This document shows, in pieces, positions 46,741 to 60,494 of a DNA stretch of 64,000 nt. The stretch lies in assembly GCF_009914755.1 (NCBI RefSeq), contig NC_060937.1; one strand, written 5' to 3'. The stretch is from the human T2T-CHM13v2.0 reference genome, Homo sapiens. Both the position numbers and the translations under genes were made by a program. The notes under the pieces are model-generated. The model saw only the letters and a program-made list of their open reading frames with translations. It searched no databases and was not told the DNA's origin. Every line of letters starts with the position of its first letter. The first letter of the stretch is position 1.

Positions 46741-47084
46741 GATGATGACTGCAATAATGGTGATAGTAATAAAACTTGCATTTGCTTATTATATACTTAT
46801 TTATTGATATGTGCCAGGCACTGTGCTAAAAACCATATACACATACTATTTAGTTTTCACTGGAAAGCAAAAATAGAAATGGTTTTATTATCACCATATT
46901 ATGGATGTTGAAACTAAGACTTAGAAAGGTTAGTACTTCCTAAGGTCAAAACAACAAAAATTAGAGCAAGAATTTGAATACAGACCTGGTTTCAAAACTG
47001 TTTACAACTTTTCTGAAAGATATGTTTATTTCTCTCTCTGGGCAATTAGGAGAATTCCCTTCTCTTATTCGATTTCCCTGTCCA

Positions 47085-48110
47085 GTCAATTAGTCAGCAA
47101 ATATGTTCTAGGCACCAAGTTTGTTTCAGATGCTTCTCCAGTGCTAACAGCCTGGAACCAAACCAAGTGAATATAATTTTATGTATGATTAGTGTTATGT
47201 AGAAAATAAGCAAGGCAGTCATAAGTGATGAAGGATCTACATTAACTAGGTTGGTCAGTGAGCACTATCCTAAGGAATTACATTTGCAGCAGGCACTGAA
47301 TTAATGAGAAGAAAGCAACAATGGGAAGTTCAGTGGTTAAGTCTTCCAAGCCAAAGGAAGAGCAAGTGCAAGAAGGCTGAGAAGGAAATGAGATTAGTGT
47401 GAACAAGGAACTCAAAGAACAATGGGGAGTGTTGAAGGAGATGAGGTTGGAAAGGCAAACACAGGCTAGATGATGCAGGATCTCGTAGTCTAGAAGAAAG
47501 AGTTTAGAAGTTTCCATGTTATTCTCCTTGCTATTTATCAAAGAAGCTTCAGCAGGGTACTGATGTAATCTGATTTATGTTTTGGGAAGATACACTATAT
47601 GAACAATGAATGATAGTCATGCTGGGGATGAAGGAGAAGAGAGAACAGTTATGTGGCTGTTTCAGTTATCCAAGAAAACAGATGTTGGCAGTAGGAAAAA
47701 TGAGAAGTGGTCAAAATTCTGGATATAATTTAGAGGTAGTTCCCAAAGGATTTATTGGTGAATTGAATGATGGAGTAAAAGGAGAATGAGAAATTACAGA
47801 TAATTCTTAGGGGTTGGGTCTGAGCAACAGGTAAATGATGTTATTTGCTGAGATGGGGAAGGTAAGATAGAGAGCAGATTGGGGGTTGCAGGGGATTCTC
47901 AGAAGGGAGTGGAGGATAGAAATCATAGATCTGTTTTGATATTTAGTTTGAGATGTCCATTCAACATCATAGTGGAGATCTCAAGTAAGGGGTGGATATG
48001 TGAATCTTGAACATGGGGAACAGATATAAATGCTAGGGCCAACAGAAGCCAAATGAGATTAATGCCATGGGTTAGGAAGGGATGTGTAGACGTAGGAGGA
48101 TGAGGACTAA
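47085..48110 (-). mobile_element. L2 fragment
   Basis: tgatgtaatctgatttatgtttt, gagaagtggtcaaaattctggatata, ttagtttgagatgtccatt...agtggagat. Confidence 0.7.
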
Positions 48111-49169
48111 GGCACTCTGAGCTCTGTGCCCTTTGGCTTCATTATTTCATGCAAACTCTTACTATGCTTCTATTTTAGATGAAAAACAGAGACCTCAGAA
48201 AAAGAGGTAGCTTGACCTACAGTTTATAATTGGGCAGAGTAAGGATCTGAGCTTTTATGTTCAAAAATGCAGAAGGCTATGGTCTTAGCCGCTATTGCAC
48301 AGTAGGAAGTATCATGAATGTGATATCTAAGTACTAAATTTAAGATCTTTTTTAAATCACAAAATAAATATATTAAATGTATTAATATACTTAAAAATAT
48401 AATTGGAAAAATGTACTAATGGTCTAAGCAGTGTATAAAGCATATTTTAATGTATTTTCACTTGATCCTTGATAAGTCTAAGCAGGAATAAGAATTATGT
48501 CATTTGGATCTCTAAGGATTTATCTTAAGAATTTGATAAACATCAAATCCATGATTGCCGTTATCTTAAAATAACTTACTCAATTAGTTTTAAGTGTGTG
48601 CAGAGGGGCAGGGTACAGAAATGGGATCACTCTGCATGAATGATGCATAGCTTTTGGCATGCTAACAAGAGCTATAACGTAGGAATGGAGGGTGTCAGCA
48701 TGCACACACACCATCACACAGCTGCTGCTTGCAAATTGGAAAGAAAAATATTACCAGGCGAGCATTAGCAAAGCTAAACCAGAATTTCAACATTGCCAAA
48801 ACCCCAAAGAATCATCAGAGAGGAAAGGAAGAAATGAACCAAGAATGAAATATTTGAATATTTGAATGCAGCATTGTGTGCAAAGGACTGAATTCTTTAA
48901 AAGATTTATTTAAAATACCTACAAATCGGAAACAAAATATTTTTATGAAATGCTCAGTTTAACCATGAAAGGTGTCTCTTTGCCTCAGACAAAATTCAAA
49001 TTCTGTACATGTTCTATTATCACATAGTTTTTTTTCTGGCCAAAATTGTTCATAAAAGCAGGGATAGGTAGATTTCTACAGTAACCACATTTTATTATTT
49101 AATATATTCAGAATATTCCCCTAAGGCGAGGTCAGGAGAGAGGAATATTTTCTGTCATTTGTGCATTTA

Positions 49170-49390
49170 TTCCAAACAGACATCCTGAGTTCCAGTCCCC
49201 ATTCTTTGTGACCAGCTGTGTAGACTTGGATAAGATCATTAACCAATCATCAGTTTCCCCATGTGAAAGGGGATAATAGTAACACCCATCTCATTGGCTT
49301 GTTATGAGGATGAAGGTAAATAATTCCAGTGATTTGCTTTGCACTATGACTAGCACATAGTGACCACTCAAAACATGATGGCTATTGTTA
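49170..49390 (+). mobile_element. MIR. Other MIRs lie near 46770-47000, 48160-48300, 51560-51740, 52950-53170, 56350-56560 and 59980-60105
   Basis: MIR core cagtttccccatgtgaaaggggataatagtaac...gttatgaggat. Confidence 0.7.
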
Positions 49391-50323
49391 TTAGCCAGGG
49401 ATCCTGCCCTCAAAGATAGAAGATCAAGTAGGAAAAGATAGTAAAATTCACATCCAATGCAAAGTAAAATAAGGTAAAAGCATAAACAATGAGGAAATTC
49501 AGAAAAGGAAGCAATCTCATTTACAATGGCAGATAGAAGAGGACGTAATGAAGAATGGTGCAAAGAGAATGGAGAAGACCACAAAAAACAGAGTGGAAAG
49601 AACATGTTCATCCTTGTCTGCCCATTGTAGTTGGACAGGGGTGGTGATTTGACTCAGCCATTGAGACCAAACCACTCCTAGAAGTTGGAACTCTAGTGTT
49701 CTCAGCATTCAAAATCCTGCAGCAGGACTAGAATGGAGGAGAGAAAGTAATTCACTTACGGTTTAATCTGAGAAAGCTTTTGGAAAGTTTGCTAGTTGGT
49801 ATTATACTAGTATTCAATAAAATCATAGTATTTGTTTCTCAAGAAAGGGAGTAGGATTTCCTTCCCGGTTCTGTAAAATTATTCCCTTTTGGAGCACTGT
49901 TTCCAATGATCACTTTTGAAAATGACTTCAGGTATTTATGAACTATCCTAGTTAATGCTATATCTTTAATCTTTGAGAGAAGATTGATTTTTTTCTTAAC
50001 TGAAATCCTTCTGAACCAAATATTGATCATATCAACCACTATGATATTTTTGGTTAATAACTAAGTGTTTCTCTAATAAAATATAATCTTCTTTTTCATT
50101 TTTTTTTTTTTTTACAACTTGTACATTATCTCTCAAGTCATTATGTTCGTTTGGACCGTGCATATTTTAGTATGCTAATTAACTCACCTAATGCCATTAC
50201 TTTATCATCTTATTTTTTATATATGCCTATGGTGAGAAATTGATAGACATGACATAATTATCAGAGAATGAATATATGTAGAATGATACATCTCACGATT
50301 GTTACATGGGACTTCTTTGTGAT

Positions 50324-50854
50324 TCAGAAAATTTTTGCCCAAACCATGAAAGATCCCCTACTTGCTACAAAGAGATAATGACCAGATTTTATCACCACCA
50401 ATTTGACCCAGCATCTGCATCTTCTATGTACCTTCTCATTGTTCCTGTTCTGTCCATCTTCAGCTGGCTCGTTATAGACTATAGGACAGCTATAGTCCAT
50501 AAGTCCCCTGACAGCTCCCCACAACTCACCAACACATTTGTCTCTGTTCCAATCATCAGTTTCCAGTCTTGATGTGTTAATGTGGTAATGTATGTGACAT
50601 ACTGATTTTAGAATTAAAGATTTTAATATAAGAAAAGATGTAACACCACAATCACATTCAATTCCTTCAACAACCAACAAATCCATTACCATATTTTAAA
50701 GCAACAGAAGGTTAAAATTAGAACAAGTTGAGTAAATCCTAAAGCAAGCAAGAATACTTTTGTCTGGGCCAAATTGATGAATGTTTTGTTCACATCTTTT
50801 AATCTAGCTTAGTGAGTCTCAGATTTATAGAGTATGAGAATCACTGTATATTAT
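50324..50854 (-). mobile_element. Ancient non-L1 LINE reverse-transcriptase relic (I/Nimb/Ingi-group-like)
   Basis: One reading frame with stops gives ...IKRCEQNIHQFGPDKSILACF...EGIECDCGVT...RLETDDWNRDK...AVRGLMDYSCPIVY...EKVHRR...LFV. This is collinear with RT C-terminal/thumb motifs of I-group LINEs. Confidence 0.55.
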
Positions 50855-53800
50855 GGGTGATTTAAGGGATTTCCTAGGGTGATTTGAAATAGATTTTATT
50901 TTGGTCTCATCTCTGATTTTAGAACTAATGTTCCCCCACTTATCCTTCCCCCCAACTCTGCCCCTACATGCAAGGTTTATCTCCACCTTGACCTCAAGTC
51001 TTTATAATGATATGCCTTAGAAGTGGGCCACGTTCCTGAATCCTTCCCCCAAAGCTCTCCTTCCATCTACCACACTGTGGAACTGGTAACTTCTCATGCT
51101 AGTAAAGTAACAACCCTCCTTGTCTCCTTTCCTTTCCTTTCCCTGTTCATCGCCTCCGACCTGGTCTGGGCCTCCGTTAAGTAGCCAGAGCCCTGCATTA
51201 ATTTGCCTGTCAGTCTTTTTTCCCTGGGCCTGTATCTGTGACCTCACCATCTGAGAGCTTCTCATGTGACTCCCGATAAGGAAATACCACCTCAACTCTT
51301 TGCCATGATCCACCTCTAGTAATTTTCTGAACCAAGATGGTCTTGCCTACCCTTTCATTATTGTTAACACCAACAGATGTAGCACTGGAGCCAGTTTTGT
51401 CTGCTGAGTTTCAATGGCCCTACTGCTTTTGTCTTAACTGAGAATCCGATTTCCTACCTCCATCTCACTGGCTTTTTGAAAGGAAAAAAAAATGTGTATT
51501 ACCCAATCCGTGGATTAAATATAGTTAAGTTCTGAGTAATGAAAACTTCTTTGAGTGGTGCAGTAAAGAAGATGCTGATTTTGGGTTCTAATGTAGACTT
51601 CAGATTATGACTTCACCACTGATTAGATTTGTCATTGTGGCAAGTAACCTAACTTCTTTCCACCTTGATGTCCTCATCTGTCAAGGGGTTATTGTGATGG
51701 TTAAGTATGATCATGCATGCAAGGTGCCTAGCAGCGCTTAGGGTTGCATGGTTTTATTTTCCAGTGTCAATAAATCTTAGGTCCCCTTCCCTCATTTCAG
51801 GATATGAAAAAAGAGGGGAAGTGATGCCACTTTCTTCTTGGGATCAGAATTCTCTTACTAAGTATGGATTTCAAATTGGAGTAGAATATGAACCTTTTTA
51901 GATCTCAGTTAGATTCCAATTAGGATAATTCAAATTTTCTTTTTGGTTTCTAGAAGTATTTTCTCCAACAGTATATTCATCCCATCTTCTGACTAGAAAA
52001 GAGAATAGAAGCGTAGTAACCACAAACAAGAAAGGCTTAGGCAAATATAATTAATAGGGTAGCAGAGAGCCAATGAGTTGGCTGAGAAAAAGGCAAACAT
52101 ATAAAGTTCATTTTCAAATTAACTATTATTTTCATACAAAAAGAGGTGAGAAGAAGTGTAATTCACAGGTAATTTAAAAAATAAAAGATTTTTAAGACAC
52201 ACCAGAAGTGGCAGTATGACTTTTATAGACTTTTTATTTGTCTTTCTTTTAGGAGATTTCTTTCTTTTAGGAGATTTTATTTCTTTGTGCTTCAGTAACT
52301 CAGCAACTTATGTCCTGACTGCTTACATATTATGCATGGAATTGATGGTATAGGTTTACATATTAAGTAATATTCCATAAGTAGGGAGAAAGGTTAAAAA
52401 GCCTATTGTGCACTGAAACTTGTTTTTAAAGTTGCAAATTAAATTATTAGTTTATCCTTATTCTTGTGAAGTCAGTAACAAACATAATGAGAAAAGTACA
52501 TAAATAGACATATAGCAAGTTGCCATTAGTCACACAGAGTAACACAACAGAGCTGGAATCAAAACACGCGTTTCTTAACGAAGGCAATGTAGGCAGCTGC
52601 CTACAGGGTGTAATTTACTGATGAGATTTTTCTTCCTCAAAATATCTCTACTAAAATTTTATCACTTCTTTTGCTTAACAAATTAATCTTGAAAAATGTA
52701 AATATTCTGGAAGGGTTATGACAGCAAGCAAGCTAACACGCTTTAGAAAGGCAGAATCATAGAGTACCTGAGAGTTGGGAGGGTTCTTTTACAGCATTTT
52801 CAGTTCCTTACCCAATTTTTACAGCCCCTCTTTCTTATCTCAGAGAGGTCATCTTTCAGGTAAAATGCTCTCAGCAGGTGCCCTTCATTGGAGAGCAGAC
52901 CATTTCACTGGTGACCATCTCCTATGGTGGGAAGACTCTTCCCTACCCTGAGGCACGGTGACGAAGTGCGAAATGCCGGTCCTTCAGCGTTGGAGAGACA
53001 TGACTATTTATCTTGGTTCTATCCCATTCTGGCACGTAAACTTGAGCATGTATGGCAAATTTTTAAGGCTTCAAATCATTCTTCTACAAAAGGAAGATGA
53101 AATGCCTACCTCATGAAACTGTTGGGGCTGGTTGATTGAAATAATGTACACCATTGTCTAGTAAGACAATTGGTAAGGAGTCAAAACCAACATGCTTGTT
53201 TCTTCTCTCTTCATTTATCCAATGTGTCCCTCATAGTAACTTTTACTAATTAGTTTCCTTTCTGTCTTTGGAGCCACAAAGAATAGGTTTCTTCCTCTCT
53301 TTCTCTCACCTCTTTTTCTTCTGTTCTTTCCTTCTTTAAAATTTTTTTCCTTACTTGTATTTAATAAAGATATTGCTAATCTTTTTATTTGATCTACCAG
53401 TACCATAACGATAATAAAAAATAACACGGTAATTTTGACATAACTTGTTTTTGCTGAACCAATATTAATGCCCCGATGACCAACATATTCTTAATACCCA
53501 CAATTCATCTGAAGATCATGGGTGATTTATATCAGAATTTTGCCTGATGTTAAAATGAGTTATTTTTTAGAAAATTTCCTTTCCTCTTTTACAAAATAGG
53601 GAGAGAACTTGCTTATATTTTTCCATTCATTTCATTATTCCATTTGACATAATATTTCCAGCAAATATGGTTTGAAATGTAATTAGCCTATTGCTATAAA
53701 TTCATCTAAAATATCCAGATAGTTTTGCCTTTTATTGCTCTTTTCTTTATTCTATTTTATTACTTTATTGTTTCCAATGGGAAGATTTTTTCTCTTAGGT

Positions 53801-55892
53801 AGAGAAAAGTACAATTGTTTTGTCATCTTTTTATCATCTACTAGCAGTAGACTATCTGTTCAAAACAGAGGTTTCTCCTTTTTAATTAATTTTATTGAAA
53901 ACATAGTTATAATAAAGCTCTTTTAGCTTCTGCCATTATTTTCAAGTCTTAGTTCATTCCAGATTTTAACATTGCTGAGAGTGAACTCAGAGTATCACAA
54001 CACTCCTGTGTATTCATTCTTGGATATGGACTTCCCTTTTCCTCTTTTGTACCTGCATTTAAACCTAATCCACATAAGCGAATGTCCTCTGTGCTACTTT
54101 GGCTTTCTCAGATACCACATCCATTTTTCCTTATTTGCATTTGTGTACTCAATAGTTAATAAGAAAAATTACATTTAAATTCTCTCTTTAGAATTACAGC
54201 ATCTTTCTGTGATCTAAACATGGGATGGTGTCTTTCTCTGACAGGCACCAAATTGTATAAATTAAGTTCTAGGTATATTATACATCTGTATGGTCATTTT
54301 GTTTAAGTCTACTTCTCAAACTGGACTCTAATTCCATGAGGGCAGAAAACAAGACTCTTTTTCTTACCATAGTTTTCTCAGCAATCACACAGGGTCTATC
54401 ATACAAAAGATATTCAGTGAGAACTCATTGAATGCACTTGTAGCTTTGAGTGTTTGCTTGCTCTGAGCTCGGGTGTTTGAGTCATCTGCACACTGACAAA
54501 GGCCTGACAGTACTACACAGTAGATGGTTTATTTGGTGTGAATCAGAGAAAGGTTCAACAAACTGGCACCATAATTGTTTTCTTTCCCTTATTCTTCTCC
54601 TGCTAAATCTCTGTTTTCTTAAACCTCTACTGTCAGGACAAGGTCAAACTACGCCTCTGTTTTACTTACATATTTATTTTCTCAAACCACGAATCATATA
54701 TTTCCAACCAAGCCCAAAGCAACAAAATACAAAGCACATTCTCAGCTCATGTTGGACCAAAGGGTTTCAGCCAAGGTCCGGTAATATAGTCCACCAATCT
54801 CTGGGAATTTTTCAAAGATGCAAATGTCACTGACACACAACAATGCATCTGCAGCAGGCTGGACAGAGGAGAATAGGTGGCGTTACCATGACTGATTGAC
54901 TTGGATGGACCACATAAGGTTCTCTTGTTATTTTTTCCAGGTTATTTTGAACCAGGAATAGTTTTAAAATGAATGAGGCACAAGTGAAGAAAAATACTGC
55001 TGAAAATAATTTTAAAGTTATTTCAATAGATTTCAAATAACTTTACTCATGTAGAAGAAATTGACATTTAATGCAGAAGAATTGGAGATGAAGTAAAGAT
55101 TAAACTGTTAACTTTTGAACTACATATATTGTATTTGGGGTGTAGTTTGAACTTAAGATTATATTCAAGGATCATCAAAAATGGTGAGATGAGCTTCCCA
55201 TCATAAACATTATATTGAGTAAAAACCCCCAAAATTACACAGTCGAGTTCCAATAAAAAAATATCCTATGACCCAGGGGTAACAGGAAACTGATGACTCC
55301 AAGGCCAGGGTCAAGAGGTTCTCAGCTGTGTTGAAGGCCCAGAGGCCAACTCAGGGACTGGTTTGGGCTCCGTTAGTCCATGAAGGCCACTCTCCATGGT
55401 ATACTCTACTTATCCCTAAATCTTCAGTAAGATGTCTTCAAAAGCCACACATTGACCTTTGCTCTGCTACAGAGAATAGGGAAAACAAAGCCTCCTCCCT
55501 GAGGCAAGGGCAGAACTATGGGGCTGTCTCCAGCAGAGGACAGTGTAGCACTGGGGTCAGCTGAACTATGACCACCTTAGTAGACTGAAAACCAGATGCA
55601 GCCACAGAGAAGAGAAACTCACAGGCGACCATGGGTAGAGTGCAAGGTACATAGAAAGCAGGGTATATTCTCATAATTTTGCCATGTAGAGTTCATGCCA
55701 TATTAGTAAAGGATGGAAGAAAGTAATTTCTTTATTTTGAAGTCACAAACAAGTGAGACTTTTAACATGGGAGTTGTATAACCCACAATCGTAGACTAGA
55801 AAGAACCTCAGCATCCTTCTGTTTTATAGAGAGTGAACCTAAGTACCACAAAGCTTCCTGTATGTGATCCAAAAGCAAATGCCATGACCCAG

Positions 55893-56258
55893 TGGTATGG
55901 TATGGCTTATCTCCACCCAAATCTCTCATCTTGAATTGTGGCTCACATAATTCCCACATGTGTGTGAGGGACCCCGTGGGAGATCATTGAATCATCCGGG
56001 TGGTTTCCTGCACAATATTCTCATGGTAGTAAGTCTCACGGTATCTGATGATTTTATAAGGGGAAACCCCTTTCGCTTAGTTCTCATTCTCTCTTGCCCA
56101 GTGCCATGTAAGAAGTCCCTTTGCTCTTCCTTCATCTTCCACCATGATTGTGAGGCCTCCCCAGCATGTGGAACTGTGAGTCAATTAAACCTCTTTCCTT
56201 TCTAAATTACCCAGTCTCAGGTATGTCTTTATTAGCAGCATGAGAACAGACTAATACA
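55893..56258 (+). mobile_element. THE1B-like solo LTR
   Basis: ccacccaaatctc...tgtggaactgtgagtcaattaaacct...gaacagactaataca; TSD CCCAG/CCCGG. Confidence 0.92.
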
Positions 56259-57113
56259 CCCGGGATTCTAGCTTCATGTCCAAAGTCATTTCTCCACACT
56301 GTGGCTTCTTTGAAACTAAATGTTTGATTGCAGGGATTCTATGGGGATTCAGCATGGCACGTGAAGACACAGGGGGGCTCTGGAGCCAGCTAGTCTTCAC
56401 TTAAATCCAGGACCTGCCCCTTGCCAAAAGTGAGCCTGTGCCTCACTTTCCTCATCTGTAAAAAAGGGATAATCAATAATACCAAAGTCATATGGATACT
56501 GAAAAGGTTAAATGAGCTGATACATGTACAGCACTTAGATATCAATATAATTATGTGTTCAGAAAATTCTAAATATTATCACGAGTCACGATTTGGTTCC
56601 ACCACACCTTTCCTACCTCACTTTCCACTGTTTTCTCCCCCTACCACTCAGTGTTTTGCCATGTTGACCTTCTTGTCATTTCCAGAAAACCTAGCTTTTT
56701 CATGCTCACATGTCTTAATGCATGCTATTTTCTCTGCTGGAAACGACTTTCTGCTTCCTTGTGCATATCTCATTCCTGAGGTAAAGTCCATCTTGGTCCA
56801 TCTTTACTTCATAGCCTTCCTCTAACCCTGCCTCCCATCCCCAATATCACAGTTAGGTGCTCTGGTCTACCTGTTCCTAGCCGCACCTCATAAACTCTCC
56901 ATCAAGCAGATCAGATGGAGATTTTGATGTTGTGTCTTTAGTCCAAATGACTGTGATCTCCTTGAGGGTATGAACTATGTTTTAATCATTCTTGAAGAAT
57001 TAGTATCTTGTTCTTCATTGTTTCCCAATAAATGCTTATTTCAAAATGATAAATCAAGGCTGCCCAGGACACCCTTTCTAAATTGGTAACATTGACTGCA
57101 CACCTAAACACAT

Positions 57114-57153
<40 letters not shown>

Positions 57154-59208
57154 ACTGCCCCCTCCTTGCCTGAATTTTCTGCTCAGCATTTAACATATTA
57201 TTATTTATTCATCTTGGTTATTACAGTAACATATGTTCAAACTTAGAACTCTAATGGCAAGCAACACTTAGTAAATTTTTCTCGTTGTTATTAATATCAT
57301 TAGTTGCTCTGTCATTGCGAATGATGATAGTATTTGTATTCACTGTCCTTGTTATTGTTATTACTAATACTATTATCATAATTATTATCACTGTGCTCTT
57401 GTTATTCTATATGGTCAAAAGAGAGCAGATCATTCCTTGCTTTATGAAGTCCTGTTCTATGGAAGTACAATTGGTATATTTTGTTTGTAAATATAGTTAA
57501 CCTATTACTTTTTTACATATAGATTTCTTACTTTCAAGGGTATAATTTGGAAGAATGCAAGACTAGGATCCAGATAACCCAGATTTTGCTAGCTGTGTGA
57601 CCTGGACCAATCTCCTTCACTTATCTTTAAAATAAGTGGTAGGGAAAATCCAGAGAAGCTTTTGTGTTGACTCCTCTGTCTTGCTCCGAAGGCAGCTGTT
57701 GCTGTTACTATTGAGGCTGGCTGCAGCTGCAGTGTCCTCGTCATACTCTTACAGAGCATCAAGTTTCCACTGGCCAGAGTTAGAATGCAAGCTGTAACCT
57801 ACCAGTCGTCCTGGAATGACCCCCGATCCCTTCCTGTTTCATTGCATTCTACAGATGAACACAAAGACGTGTGTCCTTGTTCCCACTGTGCACACACGCT
57901 TCTCCTCACAAGTTCTCATTGGATTCTCCTAAAATATATTTTAGCTCAGTCCTCACCCTAAAGCTGCCTGTATAGAACTTACTAGTCAGTGTGCTGCAAG
58001 ACTAAAGGGAAATTTCATATGTATCTCCACCTCTGGTATATTACTCACTAGAGGAAAACAAAGCTTTCTGTTCTTGTTTTTATAGACCCAGAGGCATATC
58101 AGCTCCCTCATGGGCCATCGTGTGGTCAAGACAGTTCTCCTTATGGAAAAGCAATACTTACGTTTCACCTTTCTCTACAAAGTCAGGAAAGATGTTGGTT
58201 TTTAAAAAAATCAAGCATATGTCATGTAGGTGAGAAGATGAGTGAGCTAATGCTTATGAAGTACTTTCCTTTGCTTTGGAAAAAAAATCAAAAGAACAAC
58301 TCACTGAAACCCCTTCAACTGAGTAGACCTGTTCTGACCCACTCATCAGAGCTCAACCCCAGTATGGAGATTCTTGAAAGCTTATTAAACAACTCGCAAT
58401 TTACCAGAGATTTGTCTCCATATTTGAAAATAGGGAATAGTGAGTTTTCTCTTTAGTTCTTATTTTTAGTTTTAAATGTGCATCCTTACAAGATTTCTTA
58501 CTGTTTGGTGCAAATAACGAATGATAAGGGGAAATGGGAGGTATGGTATAGTCAGCCTGCAGACCAGGAACCCTAGCTGCCACCACCACGAACAAAACAA
58601 TAAGCAAATATTTTACTTAACTTTCTTTCATGATAGAAGAACTGCTTACTTCATGAGTCCAGAAAAATACAGCAAGGAAATCTTCTCTTAAAGAAACTTT
58701 GGGTAGCTTTGTAAAAACCTCTTACTGAGTCATAAACTGTTTACTGAATTCAATGAATCCTCACTTTTCCCTCAAATTAAATTTAGTGGGTGCATCTGTT
58801 ACAAAAAGTATTGATGACGCCTGACTGTGGAAATTATTTACAGAAAGCTTTTCATATCTCCTGGAGAGAGAGGCTGCCTCACAGAGAAACTATGTGAGTT
58901 AGTTACAGTTTACAGATGCTACAGGAGCACTAACTCATGGGTGTGATCATCATGGCTCTGGAGCTGGATGCTTGAAGCTCTGATGAGAAAAGTCCCCAAG
59001 GGGAGTTGTGGTCCCAGAGGAAATCCAATCTAAGATTGTCCTGTGCTACTTAATCCAGCTGTCACATGTAACTTCCTGGGTCCCCCTTCTACCATATTCT
59101 TCTTTCCAATGTAAATAATTACAAACACAATTACTGGACTGTCAAAAGGCAGTACTGTGATATTTATATAGAAGAGTCAAAAATTCCTGGAGGAAAAACT
59201 ATCATCAC

Positions 59209-59241
<33 letters not shown>

Positions 59242-59243
<2 letters not shown>

Positions 59244-59509
59244 GCTCTATGCCTTATAATGACATTTTGGTCAATGATAGACTGTATAGCTGATGGAAGT
59301 CCCATAACATTGTAATGTAGCTGAAAAATTCCTTTTACCTAGTGAGGTCAAAGCCATTGTAATGTGATAGAGCAACATATTACTCACATGTTTGAGGTGA
59401 TATCGGTATAAACAAACCTACTGCGCTGCCAGTCCAATAAAAGTATCGCACATACAATTATGTAGAATACATAATATTTGATAATGACAATAAACAGCTG
59501 TGTTACTGG

Positions 59510-59567
<58 letters not shown>

Positions 59568-59621
59568 AGCTTTTATCATTTTTTATAGTGTACTCCTTCT
59601 ACTTATAAAGAAAAGTTAACT
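59242..59621 (+). mobile_element. Tigger3 (Golem) left-end fragment with internal (TA)n at ~59512-59565
   Basis: ataatgacattttggtcaatgatagactg, gctgaaaaattcct, aaacaaacctactgcgctgccagtc. Confidence 0.8.
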
Positions 59622-60296
59622 AAGTTTACCCATCCAGTGGTTTGCAGAAAAAGGAGAAGGAACACAGATGGATAACGAGCAATAAAGGGCAACATGCTTG
59701 CAAATAGAGAACAAAGGCCTCTGAGTGCACAAGGAAGGATAGAGCCTTCTTTCATCTGATAAAAAGAAAGAGGGAAGTTTAATAAAAGAGGTCACACTTG
59801 AGCTGGACCTTGGATAAAGACTGGAATTTGATGGTGGAAATGCGATAAAGTTTCTTTTTGCAGTGAACAGCAAGGATAAAGGTATGGAGACAGAAAACCT
59901 ATACATTGCAAACCTGTTTGGGTGAAATATAAGAATACTGGGAAACAAGATAGAATCATTGTTTTTAAAACTACCCTCGTGGTTCCTTCCTGTAAGATGG
60001 GGATGAAGATAATTGTGCCTATTTCATGAGGCTGTTATGAGGATCAGATGAGTTGATTCATGTAAATGGTTTGATTTCGAACACACAGAAAGCACTCAAC
60101 AAATGAAAAAAACATGAGGCTAGAAAGCCCTCCACTGCTACTGATTGTTAATTTTTGTAAATCTTCCACAGAACTTGAAAGAAAGTACTTTCTCTGTTTA
60201 TATGAAATTATAGTCAATTTACATCAATTAGATAACGCTTACTGTGTTATTTTGTTCAGCTCTGTGTTTACTTAGTTGATCAATTGTGGTTTAGAA

Positions 60297-60494
60297 CAGG
60301 AGTTGGCAGACTATAAACAGTAGGGGAACACACCTGAAGCCTGTTTTTGTAAAGGTTTATTGGTAGCCAGATATAAATGTTTGTTTATATAATATCTCTG
60401 ATAGAGTTGCATGTCTGTGACAGAAACTGTATGGACATCAAAGTCTAAAACCTTCACTATCTGGCCTTTTATGGAAAAGTTTCCTGACCCTTGG
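60297..60494. mobile_element. MER58A-like hAT MITE
   Basis: Termini caggagttggcagact ... tctggccttttatggaaaagtttcctgacccttg. Confidence 0.75.

Noticed and set aside
50477-50497. 8-bp stem hairpin gactatag-N5-ctatagtc
   Set aside because: Short enough to occur by chance in 64 kb; not a terminator in this context.
58161-58174. Minus-strand 13-nt microexon-like signal (ctttgtag AGAAAGGTGAAAC gtaagt)
   Set aside because: Not frame-preserving and has no supporting gene context.
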